Positions 24,201 through 36,700 of a DNA stretch of 60,000 nt are shown in pieces. The notes under the pieces were generated by a model. The model ran no database searches. It saw only the letters and a program-made list of their open reading frames with translations, and had not been told where the DNA came from. The DNA lies in NCBI RefSeq assembly GCF_018350175.1, contig NC_058368.1, forward strand, positions 176,702,001-176,762,000, given 5' to 3'. A program made the position numbers and the translations under genes. The stretch comes from Felis catus (Eukaryota). Every line of letters begins with the position of its first letter. The first letter of the stretch is position 1.

Positions 24201-24989
24201 TGAAGCCAAGGCAAGGCTTTGCACCTGCACACGGTGTCAGCGTGTTAGACGCACCTCCACCAGTCTGCCTGCCTCCAGTGCATTTCCTGCTCCTTCCTGA
24301 CGCAGGGCCGGGTTCTGTAAGGCCAGGTCGGGGACCTCAGGGCATCTTGTCACCTTCTTTCAAGCCCACAAGGGATGTCCTGGGTTGGCGCACAGTAGGT
24401 GCTCAGAAACCTGAGCTCCTCTCTCTGGCCTCACTCTCCCAGGAACAGACATCTCACGGGAAGAAACTGGCCTTCTCCCTTCAAAACACAAAGGGGCCAC
24501 AGCAGCAGCCTCCAGCCAAACTCCTACTCCCTCACCACCACCACTTACTGCCTCGAAAGAGCACTGAGGTTTGCTGCTGACCGTGACTAAACACGGCATG
24601 TGGGGTGGCAGGCCACGGCACATTGTCCCCGGCAATTGTTTTGAGCCTGCTGTGCACCTGCTGAGCACCTGCTGTGCTCTAAGACCTCTATGGCTCCTTA
24701 TTGCCCAAAAGAATATGTCTTCCTCAGCCTTCCAACGGCATTCTCCTCATTCTCAGGTACATTCTCTGCCACTTTCCCTGGAATCTGAATCCTCTTTTGG
24801 CTGTACTCTAGGCTGAATACCCTTGGGCAAGGCATTCAAAGTCCCTGAGACCCAGAGCCCCAGGAAAGCAAGAATCTCCATTTCATTGGCTTGTCATTGG
24901 GCCCCTGACCACAGAATGTCCTCCGGCAGCACTGTTCCTGCCTCCCAATGGGTTCCTAAGGACAGCTGCGCTCCTTCAGCAATCTTACA

Positions 24990-25260
24990 TGCGTGTTTTC
25001 AGTCTGTATTAGTCTCCCCTCCCTGTGGTCAGCTGTCAATTCAGGGTCACCTCCTCCAGGAAGCCTTCCCTGACTTCACACCAGCTCAGGCCCCTGTTAC
25101 TGCCCTGGCAGAAACAAGTGCCTCCTCAGAGCACCTCTCTGATTATTCGAGCTCTAGTCCCACGCCTAGGCCACACATGGCCAGGAGCTATGTCCCTCTG
25201 TTGTCCCCGTGGCCCCAGCACTTCACACCGAGCCTGGCACCAGGCAGGAGCTCAGGAAAC
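24990..25260 (+). mobile_element. L2 3' fragment
   Basis: gtcacctcctccaggaagccttccctgac...agcctggcac. Confidence 0.65.
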
Positions 25261-25399
25261 GATGCTGCTATTAGAATATTAGCACCCACCAACCTGGGGG
25301 GGGAGGAGCTGGTGCATTCTCCCCTCCATTCCTTGCTCCTGCTGATGCCCCTACAGGGCATGTCCTTCTGTTTCCTCTCCCGTAAGATACCCACCCCCA

Positions 25400-25830
25400 T
25401 CCGGCACCATTTACAAGGCCGTTTTTCTCTTCGGATCCTCACAGCCACCTTGTGAGGCAGGCAGCACAGATGATCACATTTTAGCTACAGAAACTAGGAG
25501 GCCCAAGGAGGGAACATGACTTGTCTGAGCTCCCACAGCAGAGAAATGGCTAGATCTTGAGGCAACTGTGGTCTTCAGGCTTCTAGTTTGAAACTCAGCC
25601 TGGGTTTAGGGGATCCTCTGTCAGTCTTCTTCCATCCCCGCTCTAGGACTCTAGTTCGTCTTGGGCTCAACTCATTGCACCGACTGCTTAACTGTACTTT
25701 ACCTCATTGCAACCCCCGGTGCCATCATTCCCGTTTTAAGAGAAAAGAGAAGGACCCACAGGACAGAGCAGGCTGCCCAGACCACACAGCTACTGAGGCA
25801 CAGAGCCTGGATTCAGATCCATGTGGAGGG
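25400..25830 (-). mobile_element. Two MIR fragments
   Basis: cctcacagccaccttgtgaggcagg; cctcattgcaacccc...cagagcctggattcagatcc. Confidence 0.6.
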
Positions 25831-26798
25831 AGCTGTGGTATGATCTTCCTGCCTTTACTTCGCTCCTCCTGGAACCAGCAGCCTGGTTTCCTGCGGGGGC
25901 ATCACCCCCATGCATACAGTCCCGTGGGGCTATCGATCACATGCCTCACCCTCCCCTGACCCAGCCAGGCCACTCACACCCGAATCTCTAGCAAGCGGAG
26001 GGACACTACACGTGACCGCTGTGGCTGACTCGTTCCTGGAAGAGTGCCCATTTAGTCCCGCCGCCTGGATCCCCAGAGCCCCTGCCCTTTCTGAAGCCTC
26101 TGGCTCCTGGATGAGGTCTGGGAGCCAGACAGTATTCTTCCAGTGTATTTCTTTGTGCCGAAGTTGGACGGTCTGTTTCTGTTGCTTTCAACCAGATGGA
26201 CAGACTGCTGCTCCCAAGCGGATGATAAGATCCTGGAAGCCAGAACTTTGTCTCACACTCCTTTCATCGTCTCCTTGTGCCAGGCGCGGAGCAGGGCTCC
26301 ACGTACACGTTTGAGAAATTGAGCGACACTGGAGCCCCCGGAGGGCACGACCCTCAGCCATTCTTAGTGTCGTCTTTACGGGATCTTGTCAATTTCCACG
26401 TTTTCTACATTAAACCTACCTTGCTTGGTTTTTTCCTAAATAAGTGAGCTAAAGAGCCCTCAAAAAACAAAAATATGAAGTGACTGCTGATTCCCAAATC
26501 CTCTGTTCCCCTGGAATGTGCACAATGTGTGGGGTTCCATAGGCAAGTCTCCCACTTTGGGTCCCTCAACGGCCCACTCTCCGGAGCCCCCAAAACAGAT
26601 GGAGGTCCCTGTTTAGAAACCTGAGACTGGCTTAAGCCAAGGAGAATCTCCCTTAATCTCTTTCCCAAAATTACAGTATATCCACTGGAAAATGAAAAGG
26701 TAATGTTCCTGGATTTTAAAAAGATATTTGTCCTAAGCACAGAAGTAATTTGTTTTCTTGTCTATATTTTACTTTAACTTCTTTTTAATTGTATGATT

Positions 26799-27014
26799 TT
26801 TTTTTTAATTTTTTTTCTCCAACGTTTATTTTTGGGAGAGAGACAGAGCATGAACGGGGGAGGGGCAGAGAGAGAGGGAGACACAGAATTGGAAATAGGC
26901 TCCAGGCTCTGAGCCATCAGCCCAGAGCCCGACGCGGGGCTCGAACTCCCGGACCGCGAGATCGTGACCTGGCTGAAGTCGGACGCTTAACCGACTGCGC
27001 CACCCAGGTGCCCC
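26799..27014 (-). mobile_element. Young SINEC_Fc
   Basis: CpG-rich body; perfect TSD ttaattgtatgatttt. Confidence 0.97.
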
Positions 27015-27269
27015 TTAATTGTATGATTTTAATTGTACATATGTATTATCTGCATGGTTAAAAAAAGGTTAGTTTTTAATGCAAACTGAAAAAAATCATT
27101 TTTAGTCATAATAGAAATCTTGAGTGATAAAGAAGAAAATTAAAATCACCTGTTTTCCCACCATTCAGAGATAATATTAGAGTTAAAATAGAGTTCTTTC
27201 CAGTCTTTTTTCTATGCCGAATGATGTTGCTTTTAGGTTGTCTTGTTTGTTTTTTCCTCCTTCGTGGTT

Positions 27270-27490
27270 TCTCTTTTGTTCTTTTTTTTTAAGTTTATTT
27301 ATTTATTTAGAGAGTAAGAGAGAGAGAGAGCAGGAAACAGGCAGAGAGAGAGGGAGATAAAGAGAGAGAATCCCAAGCAGGTTCATCACCGTCAGCACAG
27401 AGCCCGATGCAGGGCTCGATCTCACAAACCATGAGATCATAACCTGAGCCCAAATCAAGAGACTTACACTCAACGAACTGAGCCAACCCT
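27270..27490 (-). mobile_element. CanSINE
   Basis: gagagaatcccaagcagg...cagagcccgatgcagggctcgatctc. Confidence 0.9.
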
Positions 27491-27859
27491 TCATTCTTAA
27501 GGTCACCATTTTAAATCATTTTAAAAGTATGTATTAGCTACACATTTATGATTATTAAATGTCACAATATTGTGCAAGTATTATTTATCAGTATACATAT
27601 GCACATATTTACATATATACCCACTTATGAGTATATAGTTATATGTTCATATATCTAGATATTTGCTAGATACTTGCAAACACATATAAACGCTCATATA
27701 TTTATTTGGTTTGTTCTCACAATCAAGAGATATTTTTACATGGATATGAAAAGAATATTATGAGTAGTACAAATCTGAAACCTTAAATAGAAATGTCAGG
27801 AACTTACAGGCCCCTGGTAATGTATGAATCATAGGGAGGTGGATGAATGTTTTTAGGCC

Positions 27860-28440
27860 AAGAAGTTGATCAAAGGAGTTGACCATGTCTTTAACTTCAT
27901 TTTCTTAATTCCATTACATAAATGATTGAAGGCTACATTTTTCAATCTTCTTTGTAAAAGGAAGTAATATGTTAATCTCTTTCTGGCTGTCCTATGGTAT
28001 TGAAATATACATCCTCCTAACTTGTTCTATTTGCTGACTCTGCCCTATGATTGACCATTTTCTTGTGTATTCGTAGTTTTTTTGTTTTTTGGTTTTTTGT
28101 TGTTGTTGTTGTTGTTGTTGTTTTTTATGGTAACCTACCTCATCTTTCCCAAGGGCTGTGATTTCTATGGGGATCCCATGTGCCCTGACTTGGAGAAATG
28201 TCTCCAAAAACCAGCTTTACATTTGGTCTTTCTGACGCACCTGAGTTTTTGCCAAGCATGACCGGTTTTCACAATGTTTTCTTGGTCTGGGTCTCCTGTA
28301 TCAGTTGGACAGTGTAAATTCATCTCCACTCACTCATATGGTACAGGCTTGAGATTCCAATTTTCAAGAAGGTACTTTTTCATTTCCACCCGGAATCTGA
28401 ATCTGAGACCGTGTGTTGGGTGAAGATTTCCCTCCTCCCA
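27860..28440 (-). mobile_element. Old L1M 5'/ORF1 remnant
   Basis: T-rich antisense L1 pattern ttcattttcttaattcc...ttgaccattttcttg. Confidence 0.45.
28097..28121. repeat. (TTG)n microsatellite
   Basis: Direct reading. Confidence 0.9.
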
Positions 28441-28459
28441 CCTTTCATGGAGGGCTATG

Positions 28460-28640
28460 GCAGTCGGGATAGGCACAGTTATTTCATGGTAATAAGCCCC
28501 AATTTTCAGCACCTGAACACAGCAAAGGTTTATTTCTTATACTCTACGTCCATCAGGGATCGGTTGAGAATTCTGTTCCGTGCATCTTCACTCAGGGACC
28601 CAGGCTGATGGAGCAGCCATTCTCTTGAACATTCCCTGTC
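28460..28640 (-). mobile_element. Old MaLR LTR fragment (MLT1K/L-like)
   Basis: acagcaaaggtttatttctt...cactcagggacccaggctgatggagcagcca. Confidence 0.7.
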
Positions 28641-28959
28641 TGGACAATGAGCACACACATTTAAATATTCTGGAAATAGTTGGCCAACAACAGGAGCAGC
28701 TATTCCACAGGAAATGCCTTGCTGAGGTCCCTGCTCCATTTAAGTATCCCAGTTCTTCCTGTCTACCACATGCATGCCAAGGCCATGTCTCCTGTCCCAA
28801 TGGGGATTTCTCTTTACTTATTTGAAGTTCAGCTAAGTGTTTCCAATACTTTTGTTTTATTTTACCCAGACCTTCTAGACGTCTCTTTGGTTGCGGTGAG
28901 GAAGGAGAAGTGTCAGCTCAGTTTGCCATGTTGCCAAAATCAGAAAAATGTATATTGTG

Positions 28960-29440
28960 TCTTTTACACTGGGAACACTTTTTCTTTTAACTATGGGTTA
29001 TAATTATTTTCCTGTGCCTTGTATATTCTTCCCAGGCATAACTTAATTGCTACACAGTAGTGTGTGAATGAATGTACCACTCATTTAACCAATCCCCTCT
29101 TGTTGGACACCTAGATTGTTTCCAGTTTCTCCCTATTGACATTAGGGATGCAACATCCTTATATTCAGGAGTGGCTTGCAAATATCTAACAACTGGGATG
29201 GTCTGGGTTTGGACACCGACCAGCTGGAACAGGCAGTGGTCATAAACGGCTGGTATGTCTGTACCATGTGTCCCCACCATATATACATTTATCTTTGCAC
29301 ACATCCTGTGATTGCCCCTGGATACATTTCAAGAAGTGGGATTTCTGGGTGGCCCAAAGGATAAGCAAACATTTAGAGACTTTTGCACCTGCTTCTACAA
29401 GGCTCTGGCCTCATTCCCACTCTGAGAGAATCCCAGCTTT
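28960..29440 (-). mobile_element. L1ME-like 3' fragment
   Basis: atgtaccactcatttaaccaatcccct..ttggacacctagattgtttccagttt. Confidence 0.7.
29166..29275. mobile_element. Short hAT non-autonomous element (hAT-N1_Mam-like) within L1ME
   Basis: caggagtg...aaatatctaacaactgg...caccgacc..gaac...cataaac..ctggta resembles the recalled consensus and interrupts the L1 fragment. Confidence 0.55.
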
Positions 29441-29719
29441 CCATTGGCACAGCTGTTCACTTAGTAACGGGTCAAGATAGGCGCTGGGATGGCATTTCTC
29501 ACCAGAAATTCCCTGGTCACGGGGTTTGTAGTTTGCTGTCAGAGGGTGATCATGCTAATGACTAATGGAGTGTCCAGGGTCCCTGGAGGAAGCCTAGGCA
29601 GGGAAGTTAGAGACGTGAGTAAGTGTACCTCTGTCCCCACAGGGAGGGGTGGCGGGGCTTGTGGCCTGGAGGGGTTCCCAGCAGCAGAGGAGTCAGGATC
29701 TTCAAAGACCTGCCCTGGG

Positions 29720-29880
29720 TTAAGTGCATCATGTCTGAAGCCTGGGTTCCAATCAGCTCCACTTCCAGCTGGGTGACCTTGAGTAAGTCCGTCCTCACTG
29801 AGCCTCAGTTTCCTCATCTGTAACATAGGGACACCTCCTCCCAGGGTTGCCTTGAAGCATACGTTCCACAAGATAATGTG
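29720..29880 (+). mobile_element. MIR
   Basis: agctgggtgaccttgagtaagt...gagcctcagtttcctcatctgtaa. Confidence 0.85.
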
Positions 29881-30194
29881 CACATCTTTCAGGCCCCGGG
29901 CAGCTGCGCTTCAAGGATGGTAAGGATGAGGCGGTGGGAGGAGCTCTTCCTGTGTGAGGACACACTGGGCGCTCCTAATTCTCTTCTGCAGGCTGAGTGT
30001 TCCCCGTCCCTTTGTGGTGCTTCCAAAGGGAAGGAGGTAAGGAAACCTGGACTGACCTGACCCAGAAGGAGAAGAAGCCAGATATGCACAGCAGGAATTT
30101 GCCCACTTGGCCACAGCACGTCATGTTCGTCCAAAAGGATCTCTCCCTACTGTGACCTCTGAGGTCCTCCGTGTTCTGGCCCCTGTTCCCCCTC

Positions 30195-30650
30195 TGCCCC
30201 CATCTCCTACCACCCTTCCCTCGCTACACCACACCAGCCTTCTTGCAGTGTGTTGAACACATCCAGTTCCCAGCCCCAGGGCCTTTGCACCTGCTGTTCT
30301 CCCTCCCTGACATGCTTTTCTGGATCTTTTCAGAGTTCATTTCCTTGCTTTTTTCAGGCCTCAGCTTCAGTGTCACTTCCTCAGAAAGGCCTTCCCTGGT
30401 CACTCCACCTGAAATGGCAGGCTGTCCCTGCACACCATCCTGTCTCTTGTTCTCCCTATTCCCTCACCTGCTTGTTTTTTTTCATAGCACGTAGCTTACT
30501 TAAAATTATTTCATACGCTCCTGTATTGCTTGCTTATCGCATGTCACCTCAATAAAACACAAGCCCCGTGGGTAGAGATTTTGCTTTGTTCACTGCTGTA
30601 CCCCCAGCATCCAGCACAGTGCCTGGCACACAGCAGATACTGAAGAAAAA
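30195..30650 (+). mobile_element. L2 3' end
   Basis: cagggcctttgcacctgctgttc...tgttcactgctgtacccccagcatccagcacagtgcctggcacacag. Confidence 0.88.
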
Positions 30651-30789
30651 CCACTGATCCCCTTTTCATAGAAGCAGGTCCCTTTCTTTCGTTCCCAGGT
30701 GGGTCGCTTCACGGCAGTGTGACCTTGGGCAAGTCACTTCATCTCTCTGCCCCCCACTTGCTCAGCCACACAGTGGGGTTAAGCACCCC

Positions 30790-31140
30790 TGATACGCGGC
30801 ACAGCGGGATCGCCACAACACGGCAGTTGTTTAAGACCTGCTGGTGCTCGTCCCCCTCCCAGGGCACATCCTCTAGGGAGCTGTGACACGCGTCACCCCA
30901 GAAAGCTTCAGCTTCGCTTATTCAAGGCTGCGGCGGGGTGAAGCGTCTCCCACCTCTTACTCCATCGCCCCACCCCGCTTCCCAGCTGGGCTCTGTGCAT
31001 GGGTTCCTTCAGGCCCCATGAATAATTGATGATGCGTGGGCCCCTCTCGGCGCTCCTCATAATCACTGGGGGAGAAAGAAGTCTTTCTCTGTCTTGTTTA
31101 GATCCCCAGACTTGGCCTCCCTCTCTGTGGATGAGTCACC
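30790..31140. promoter_or_regulatory. Candidate enhancer (CpG-retaining unique sequence)
   Basis: About 17 CpGs counted by eye in 30790-31060; AP-1 motif tgagtca at 31132-31138; taattg homeobox-type motif. Confidence 0.3.
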
Positions 31141-31429
31141 CAATCTTAATCCTACAGCTCATCTTGGCAGGTGGCTGGAGGCCTCCCCTCGGAGCCCCAG
31201 AGGCAGGGCTGGGGAAAAGAGCCTCCCTGGAGTGTGGGCGGTCAGTGGGCAGGACTGGTGCACTCAAGCTGGTCTAGATCATTCCAGAAGCAATCTCAGC
31301 TCACCTGCAAATGGTAGGCAGAACGCCTATTCCTCCCACCGTATCTTTAGACCCAACCCTAATATTAAGTCTAGAGCTACCCCGAGGGCAAGCATGTGCC
31401 CAGGGGTGGACCAGCTATGCCCCACTGGG

Positions 31430-31620
31430 AGACATGCACACTTGTTGGGCACTGACCATGGGCAGGCATTATGCTGGACATGTCATGAGTCGTATCTCAT
31501 TCATCCCTCTGGAGAGCTAGGGGTGGTTGAACTCATTACACAGCCGAGGAGACAACAGGGAAGTAAAGTAACTTACCCAAGGTCACACAGACTAGCAAGT
31601 GACAGGTACGTCTGGCCCTA
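31430..31620 (-). mobile_element. MIR
   Basis: aaagtaacttacccaaggtcacacagactagcaagt. Confidence 0.75.
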
Positions 31621-33683
31621 TGTCCATGTTCTCTCTATGATGCCAGAGAAACCACGCCAAGAATTTAGGGAGAGCTTCTGGAAGTAACCAGAAGTCTATC
31701 AAACCAGGGCCTAGAGACACATGAGACTAGAGAGGGCCCGGCCTGTTCCAGGTACCCTCCCTCCCCTAACCCACCAGGACAATGAAAAGACAGCCCGGGG
31801 TGATCCCCCACAGCATACCCCCTACTCACCTCCACTTAGGAGCATTTATTCACGACCCCGAAACCCAGGGATGTGACCTTCGGTGCAGTGAATCACACCC
31901 CTGACTGAGCACTCCCCTGGGAGTCAAAACTCCTAAATTCTATCATCAGCTCTGTCACAGAACTTCTGTGTGATCGGGCAGGTCATGACTTTCCCATTGC
32001 CTCGTTCATGAAATAATAGATCCTGCTGTTCTCCGTTGGGAAATTCAGGTTCTAGAAGCCACGGGGAGATCTTTAAAGCACTGTGGTGTTGCACCTCTTC
32101 TTTCGAGACAGGCGGCCCAGCTCCTAAGTGTGGGGACACAGACACCTCCACCCTTGCCTACATTCTACCGAAATGCCCTCCATCTTCCAACCTTGCCAGC
32201 CCAGAGCCAAGGCTCAGTGTTCCTGTTGCCTCAAGAGCACGAGGGTTTTGCCACCCAGCATCCTTCTCAACCCTCGGTCCATGGGGCAGTCAGAGAAGCT
32301 GACTGACCCCACCCCGGGGTTGACCTGTGACGGACCTGTCCACTTCAAGTGTCCACAGACCTGACTTGTTCAGGGAGGGCCTGGAACCCAAGATGACCTG
32401 TGGGAATGAATTTCAAGGTTTTCCGGAAAATGCTGGAAAACGCTTGTCCCTCTCCGTGCGACGTGAATGAAGCTGTGTCTCTGGGCCCTGCTGGCAGCCA
32501 CCGTGGGACCACAGATGGAAGGACTGCCTGAGAACAGAGGCCTCACGGAAGAAGCCGACCCCCAGAATCCATGGAGAGAAACCAAGAAGTCTTGGATGGA
32601 GCTACCCTGGGGCTGTTCCGTTACACCAGCCTCTCTTCTGTCACTCGCATCCAAAGAATCCTAACTGGTCCTGGCCCAGCTGGTACCCAGCCGCCGATCA
32701 ATAAACGTTTACCAAACTGAGGTTTATTTCAGAGCTCAGCATCACGGTCCTACGCACAGTGGTGCCCTTAGGGTCAGTCAATATAACCTGAGGCTGGCGG
32801 AGAACACAGCATGTGCCGGGGACAGAATGTGGTCGCCCAGGTAGGGAACGTGAAGCCCCAAGAAGAGCCTTGCCCCCAAATGCAGAGTTGGAAAGTGGCC
32901 CAGCCAGGACCCAGCCCCAGTTGATCTCAGTATTAATTCCACAGAAGGAAGGGAAGTGGGTTGTCCTATTGCTGGTCAAGGGCCCACTTCCTACAGAAAG
33001 AAGGTCTCTCTTTCCCTCCTGGAGTCTCGGCTCCAGAGTGACCTCCAGAGCAGCTTGTTTGACATAGTCCCGACATCGGATGCCTTCTCTCGCAGCCTGC
33101 CAGTGAGCACAACCCGAGCCCCCAGCACAGGCCTGCCCACCAAGCGCCCTCAGGGGCCTGCCTGCACCCCCACACCCAAACTGCTGCTTCCCTCAAAGCC
33201 CCTCTGAGGAGCCCCAGCCCTTCTCTCTCCCTTCCCACTTTTCCACAGATCCCACTCCACTATTAAGTGTTCACCGGGAGGCCTTGGGCAAGCTCAGACC
33301 TCCAGAGCTGTCCCTCCCACCGGCGTGGCTCTGACGGGCCACTCCCCAGTCTAGACCCCCACGGGCCTCCCTCTCAAGGCACCGTTAGGAACAGATGCTG
33401 AGCTGGGACATTGGAGGTGGCTCCCGAGCGCCCTGGCACGGCACAGCACCTGAGTTTGAAGTAAAGGGGCCCTAGTGTATACCAGGCAGTGGGGAAAGTA
33501 GGGACAGGACAGAAGCAGTGTCGTCTCCTGGTGTCAGTCTAGTGACATCAGACAATAGCTACCTAACGTCTACGGCCTGCTCCGGTCACGCTTGAGAACC
33601 GTCCACCCACCAGCACCCACACAACAACAAGGCGAGATAGAATTTCACAAGCACAAATAAGTCGATGGAAATGCAGAGAGCCT

Positions 33684-33850
33684 GGGGCGCCTGGGTGGCT
33701 CCGTCGGTTAAGCGTCCGACTTCAGCTCAGGTCACCATCTCACAGTTCATGGGTTCGAGCCCCGTGCCGGGCTCTGTGCTGACAGCTCGGAGCCCGGAGC
33801 CTGCTTCGGATTCTGTGTCTCCCCCTCTCTCTGCCCCTCCCCTGCTCATG

Positions 33851-33881
<31 letters not shown>

Positions 33882-33920
33882 AAAAATAAATAAACATTAA
33901 AAATTTAAAAAAAGAAAAAA
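33684..33920 (+). mobile_element. CanSINE
   Basis: TSD aatgcagagag; sits in a decayed L1ME 3' fragment (~33640-34100). Confidence 0.95.
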
Positions 33921-34540
33921 GGAATGCAGAGAGAAAGCTCTGTAGGAATCCATGTCTGACTGCTAACCACGGTCCCCTCAGAGATGGGGGGTCGGTCGTT
34001 CAAAGGGACTTGAGCCTCGTCTACAGTGCTTGTCCCTAGAGGAGAATGTACTCTGGTTTGGTTTGTGCTCCTAAAAATTAACTGTTGAAAACAAAAATCA
34101 AGTACCTGGCCATAGTTAAACCATAACTTGCATTTTTCTTAGAGCGTCCAGGGTGCTGACTCTGCCCGTCTCAAGACAAAGAGTGCAGGAAACACAGAGC
34201 AGGCGGGAGACAGAGACAGGAGCTCCCCCTACCCACACTTCTAACCACCGCATGGGAGTGGCACACCCCCTTCAGCCTTGCCCCCAGGGCTTGGGAATTT
34301 CCTGGAAGCCTGAGGCATCTTGAGAAAAAGCATCTTTCCTTCTTCTCACGGCCTTTGGACAAGTGTCTTTTAATGAATGTTTTCATCATTTTTCTGTATT
34401 TTACTAAATCTAACACATGGTGGAGTGTGGGGGGAATAAAGCTTCAGAGAGGAGAGGTCAGCGTTTCATTAGGTCCGATACCCAGCAGAGTGATGTTTTC
34501 TGGATAAATCCAAGCCCAGGGCCAAACAAGCCTTTGACAA

Positions 34541-34746
34541 TTGTTTTTTTTAAGTTTGTTTATTTAGAGAGATACAGAGACAGCACAAGTGGGAGAGGAG
34601 GGGCAGACAGAGAGGGACAGAATCCCAAGCAGGCTCCACACTGTCAGCACACAGCCGGACGCAGGACTTGAATTCACAAAACCATGAGATCGTGACCTGA
34701 GCCAAAACCAAAAGTCAGATGCTTAACTGAGCCACCCAGCCACCCC
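34541..34746 (-). mobile_element. CanSINE
   Basis: TSD aagcctttgacaa (34528-34540, 34747-34759). Confidence 0.95.
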
Positions 34747-34780
34747 AAGCCTTTGACAACTTTTTAAAAATTATTTTGCA

Positions 34781-34990
34781 GGGGCGCTTGGGTGGCTCAG
34801 TGGGTTGAGCGTTCTGACCTTGGCTCAGGCCGTGATCTCACGTTTCATGAGTTCGAGCCCCGCGTCAGGCTCTGTGCTGATGGCTCCGAGCCTGGAGCCT
34901 GCTTTGGATTCTGTGTCTCCTTCTCTCTCTGCCCCTCCCCCACTTGTGCTCTGTCTCTCAAAAATAATGTTAAAAAAATAATAAATAATG
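34781..34990 (+). mobile_element. CanSINE
   Basis: ggggcgcttgggtggctcag head; degenerate TSD aaaa(t)tattttg. Confidence 0.95.
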
Positions 34991-36094
34991 AAAAATATTT
35001 TGTATTCTGTGTTTTAATTGGACAAGAAATATAGGAATATATTCTCTTAAAAATTCAAACAATCTCAGTGAAATTAGGTTCCGTCTGCCCCGCACTCCGC
35101 ATCCATTCCCCGTGGAAAGTGGCCATCCTACTCAACTTGACGATTATCCTTCCAGGACTTTCTTGGGAACTTTCAATACATGGATGCATTGAAATAGGTC
35201 ATCCTGGTTTGGCTTTGTTTCTCCGTGAATAATGCTGTACATACTCTTCTGCAACTTTTTTTTTCTGTTAACAAGTCTTGCTCACACGAATCTGTTTTGT
35301 TATTTTTAAATGCCACAGAGGACCATAGTATTGAAGTGCTGTGCATTATTTAACTATTTAATACGGCGCTATTTAAAACAAAACAAAACAACTTGTATCA
35401 ATTTGCAAAGAAAAGAAACTTGCCCCTCTCACCCTGCACCCCCACACCTCTGCACCTCAGTTTCCTCGTTTGTAAAGCCCAGACATTAGCTTCGATGACG
35501 TCTAAGGGCCGTAGCACAGCTTGTGGTTTTAAACATTTCCTCTGCCCTTGTTGAGAGTCCCCCTGCTATGTTGCTTTCCTCTTCAACCTTGGCTTTCTCC
35601 AGGTCTGTTTGTGAGTCAGCCGAGCAGAGGGGGGCCCTGTCCCGACTGCCTGGCTTCTCAGGCTGGATCCAGCTCCTCCGACAAGGCTGTGACAAGAGGA
35701 TACACACAGCACACCCAGAGCTCCCGCCACTGCCTTAAAATAGTAGGTTCGTCTCACTCCTGTGCTCTTCTAAAGCAGTCACGCTTGGTTTTGTCTGGAA
35801 CTGTCTGGAAATGGAGACAATGGGCCCTGCACATTGTCTCCAACTCTCAGAAGCTAGGGGCCTCGTGCCAAGGACAAATCCTTTGCATCAAAGGTCCTTT
35901 CTGATTAGTGCAAAGGAGTGGGGGGGCTCAGGCACAAGAGGGAGCCTCAGATGGGCCTAACTGCATGTTCCACTTCCAGCAGGGGGTAGTCAATCCTTCT
36001 CTTGTCTTGGTTGCTCCCCAGAAGGACTGCCCTCCTAAGTACCCAGTTTGGGTTTGTCTCTGCAAAGCTCTGTTCCCCACAAGATAGCACCTGA

Positions 36095-36270
36095 CATATT
36101 CCAAGTACTTTACATCCATAAGCTCATTGAGTGACAGAAGAATCTTATGAGGTAGGTTCTGCTATTATCCCCATTTAGCAGATGAGGAGACTGAGGCCAG
36201 TACCCCAGGTAAGCACAGCTACTTAGTGGCAGAGCCAGACCCAGGCAGCCTGTCCTTCAAACTGGAGACC
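36095..36270 (-). mobile_element. MIR
   Basis: atgaggtagg..ctattatccccatttagcagatgaggagactgagg. Confidence 0.85.
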
Positions 36271-36429
36271 ACATACGCCCCATGACCTCACCCTTTTGGA
36301 GGGAATGGGAAGATCTTTACAAATTGAGAGTGGTGGTAACAAAAGGACTTACCTCAGAGGACCATAGGATATGGTAGAAGGGCTATTTATGGAGCGAGGA
36401 GGCATGGGTCCAATCACAAACTTTTTTCT

Positions 36430-36700
36430 CACCCCAGGACCTTTGCACATGCTATTTTCTATTCCTGGACTATTCTTCCCATTCTGCCCATCCTTCCATC
36501 TGTCCTTCCTTTGCCTAACTCTTCCCATAACTAACCTTTTATCTTCTATGTGAGGAGTCAGCAAGAATCACTTACTCATTCACTCGCTCATTCGTTCATT
36601 CACAAAATATGTATCACATGCCTACTGTGTGCCAGGCACTGTGTTATCAACAAGGCACAGCATCTTCCATGGTGAGGCTTATAGACCAGAGCTGGGTAGA
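36430..36700. mobile_element. L2 fragments (+ ~36430-36560, - ~36575-36700)
   Basis: caggacctttgcacatgct; tcattcgttcattcacaaaatat...cctactgtgtgccaggcactgtg. Confidence 0.7.

Noticed and set aside
24823..25455. Longest ORF (210 aa)
   Set aside because: Non-ATG start, overlaps L2 and MIR remnants (HLLQEAFPD is an L2 translation), no domain
27992..28207. Poly-glutamine ORF
   Set aside because: Reverse reading of a (TTG)n microsatellite
31094..31687. 197-aa ORF
   Set aside because: The C-terminal half is MIR-derived (KVTYPRSH) and there is no protein family resemblance
32467..32664. 65-aa ORF with a signal-peptide-like start MKLCLWALLAATVG
   Set aside because: Weak start context (tgaATGa), short hydrophobic core, no promoter or homology support; would need conservation or ribosome profiling
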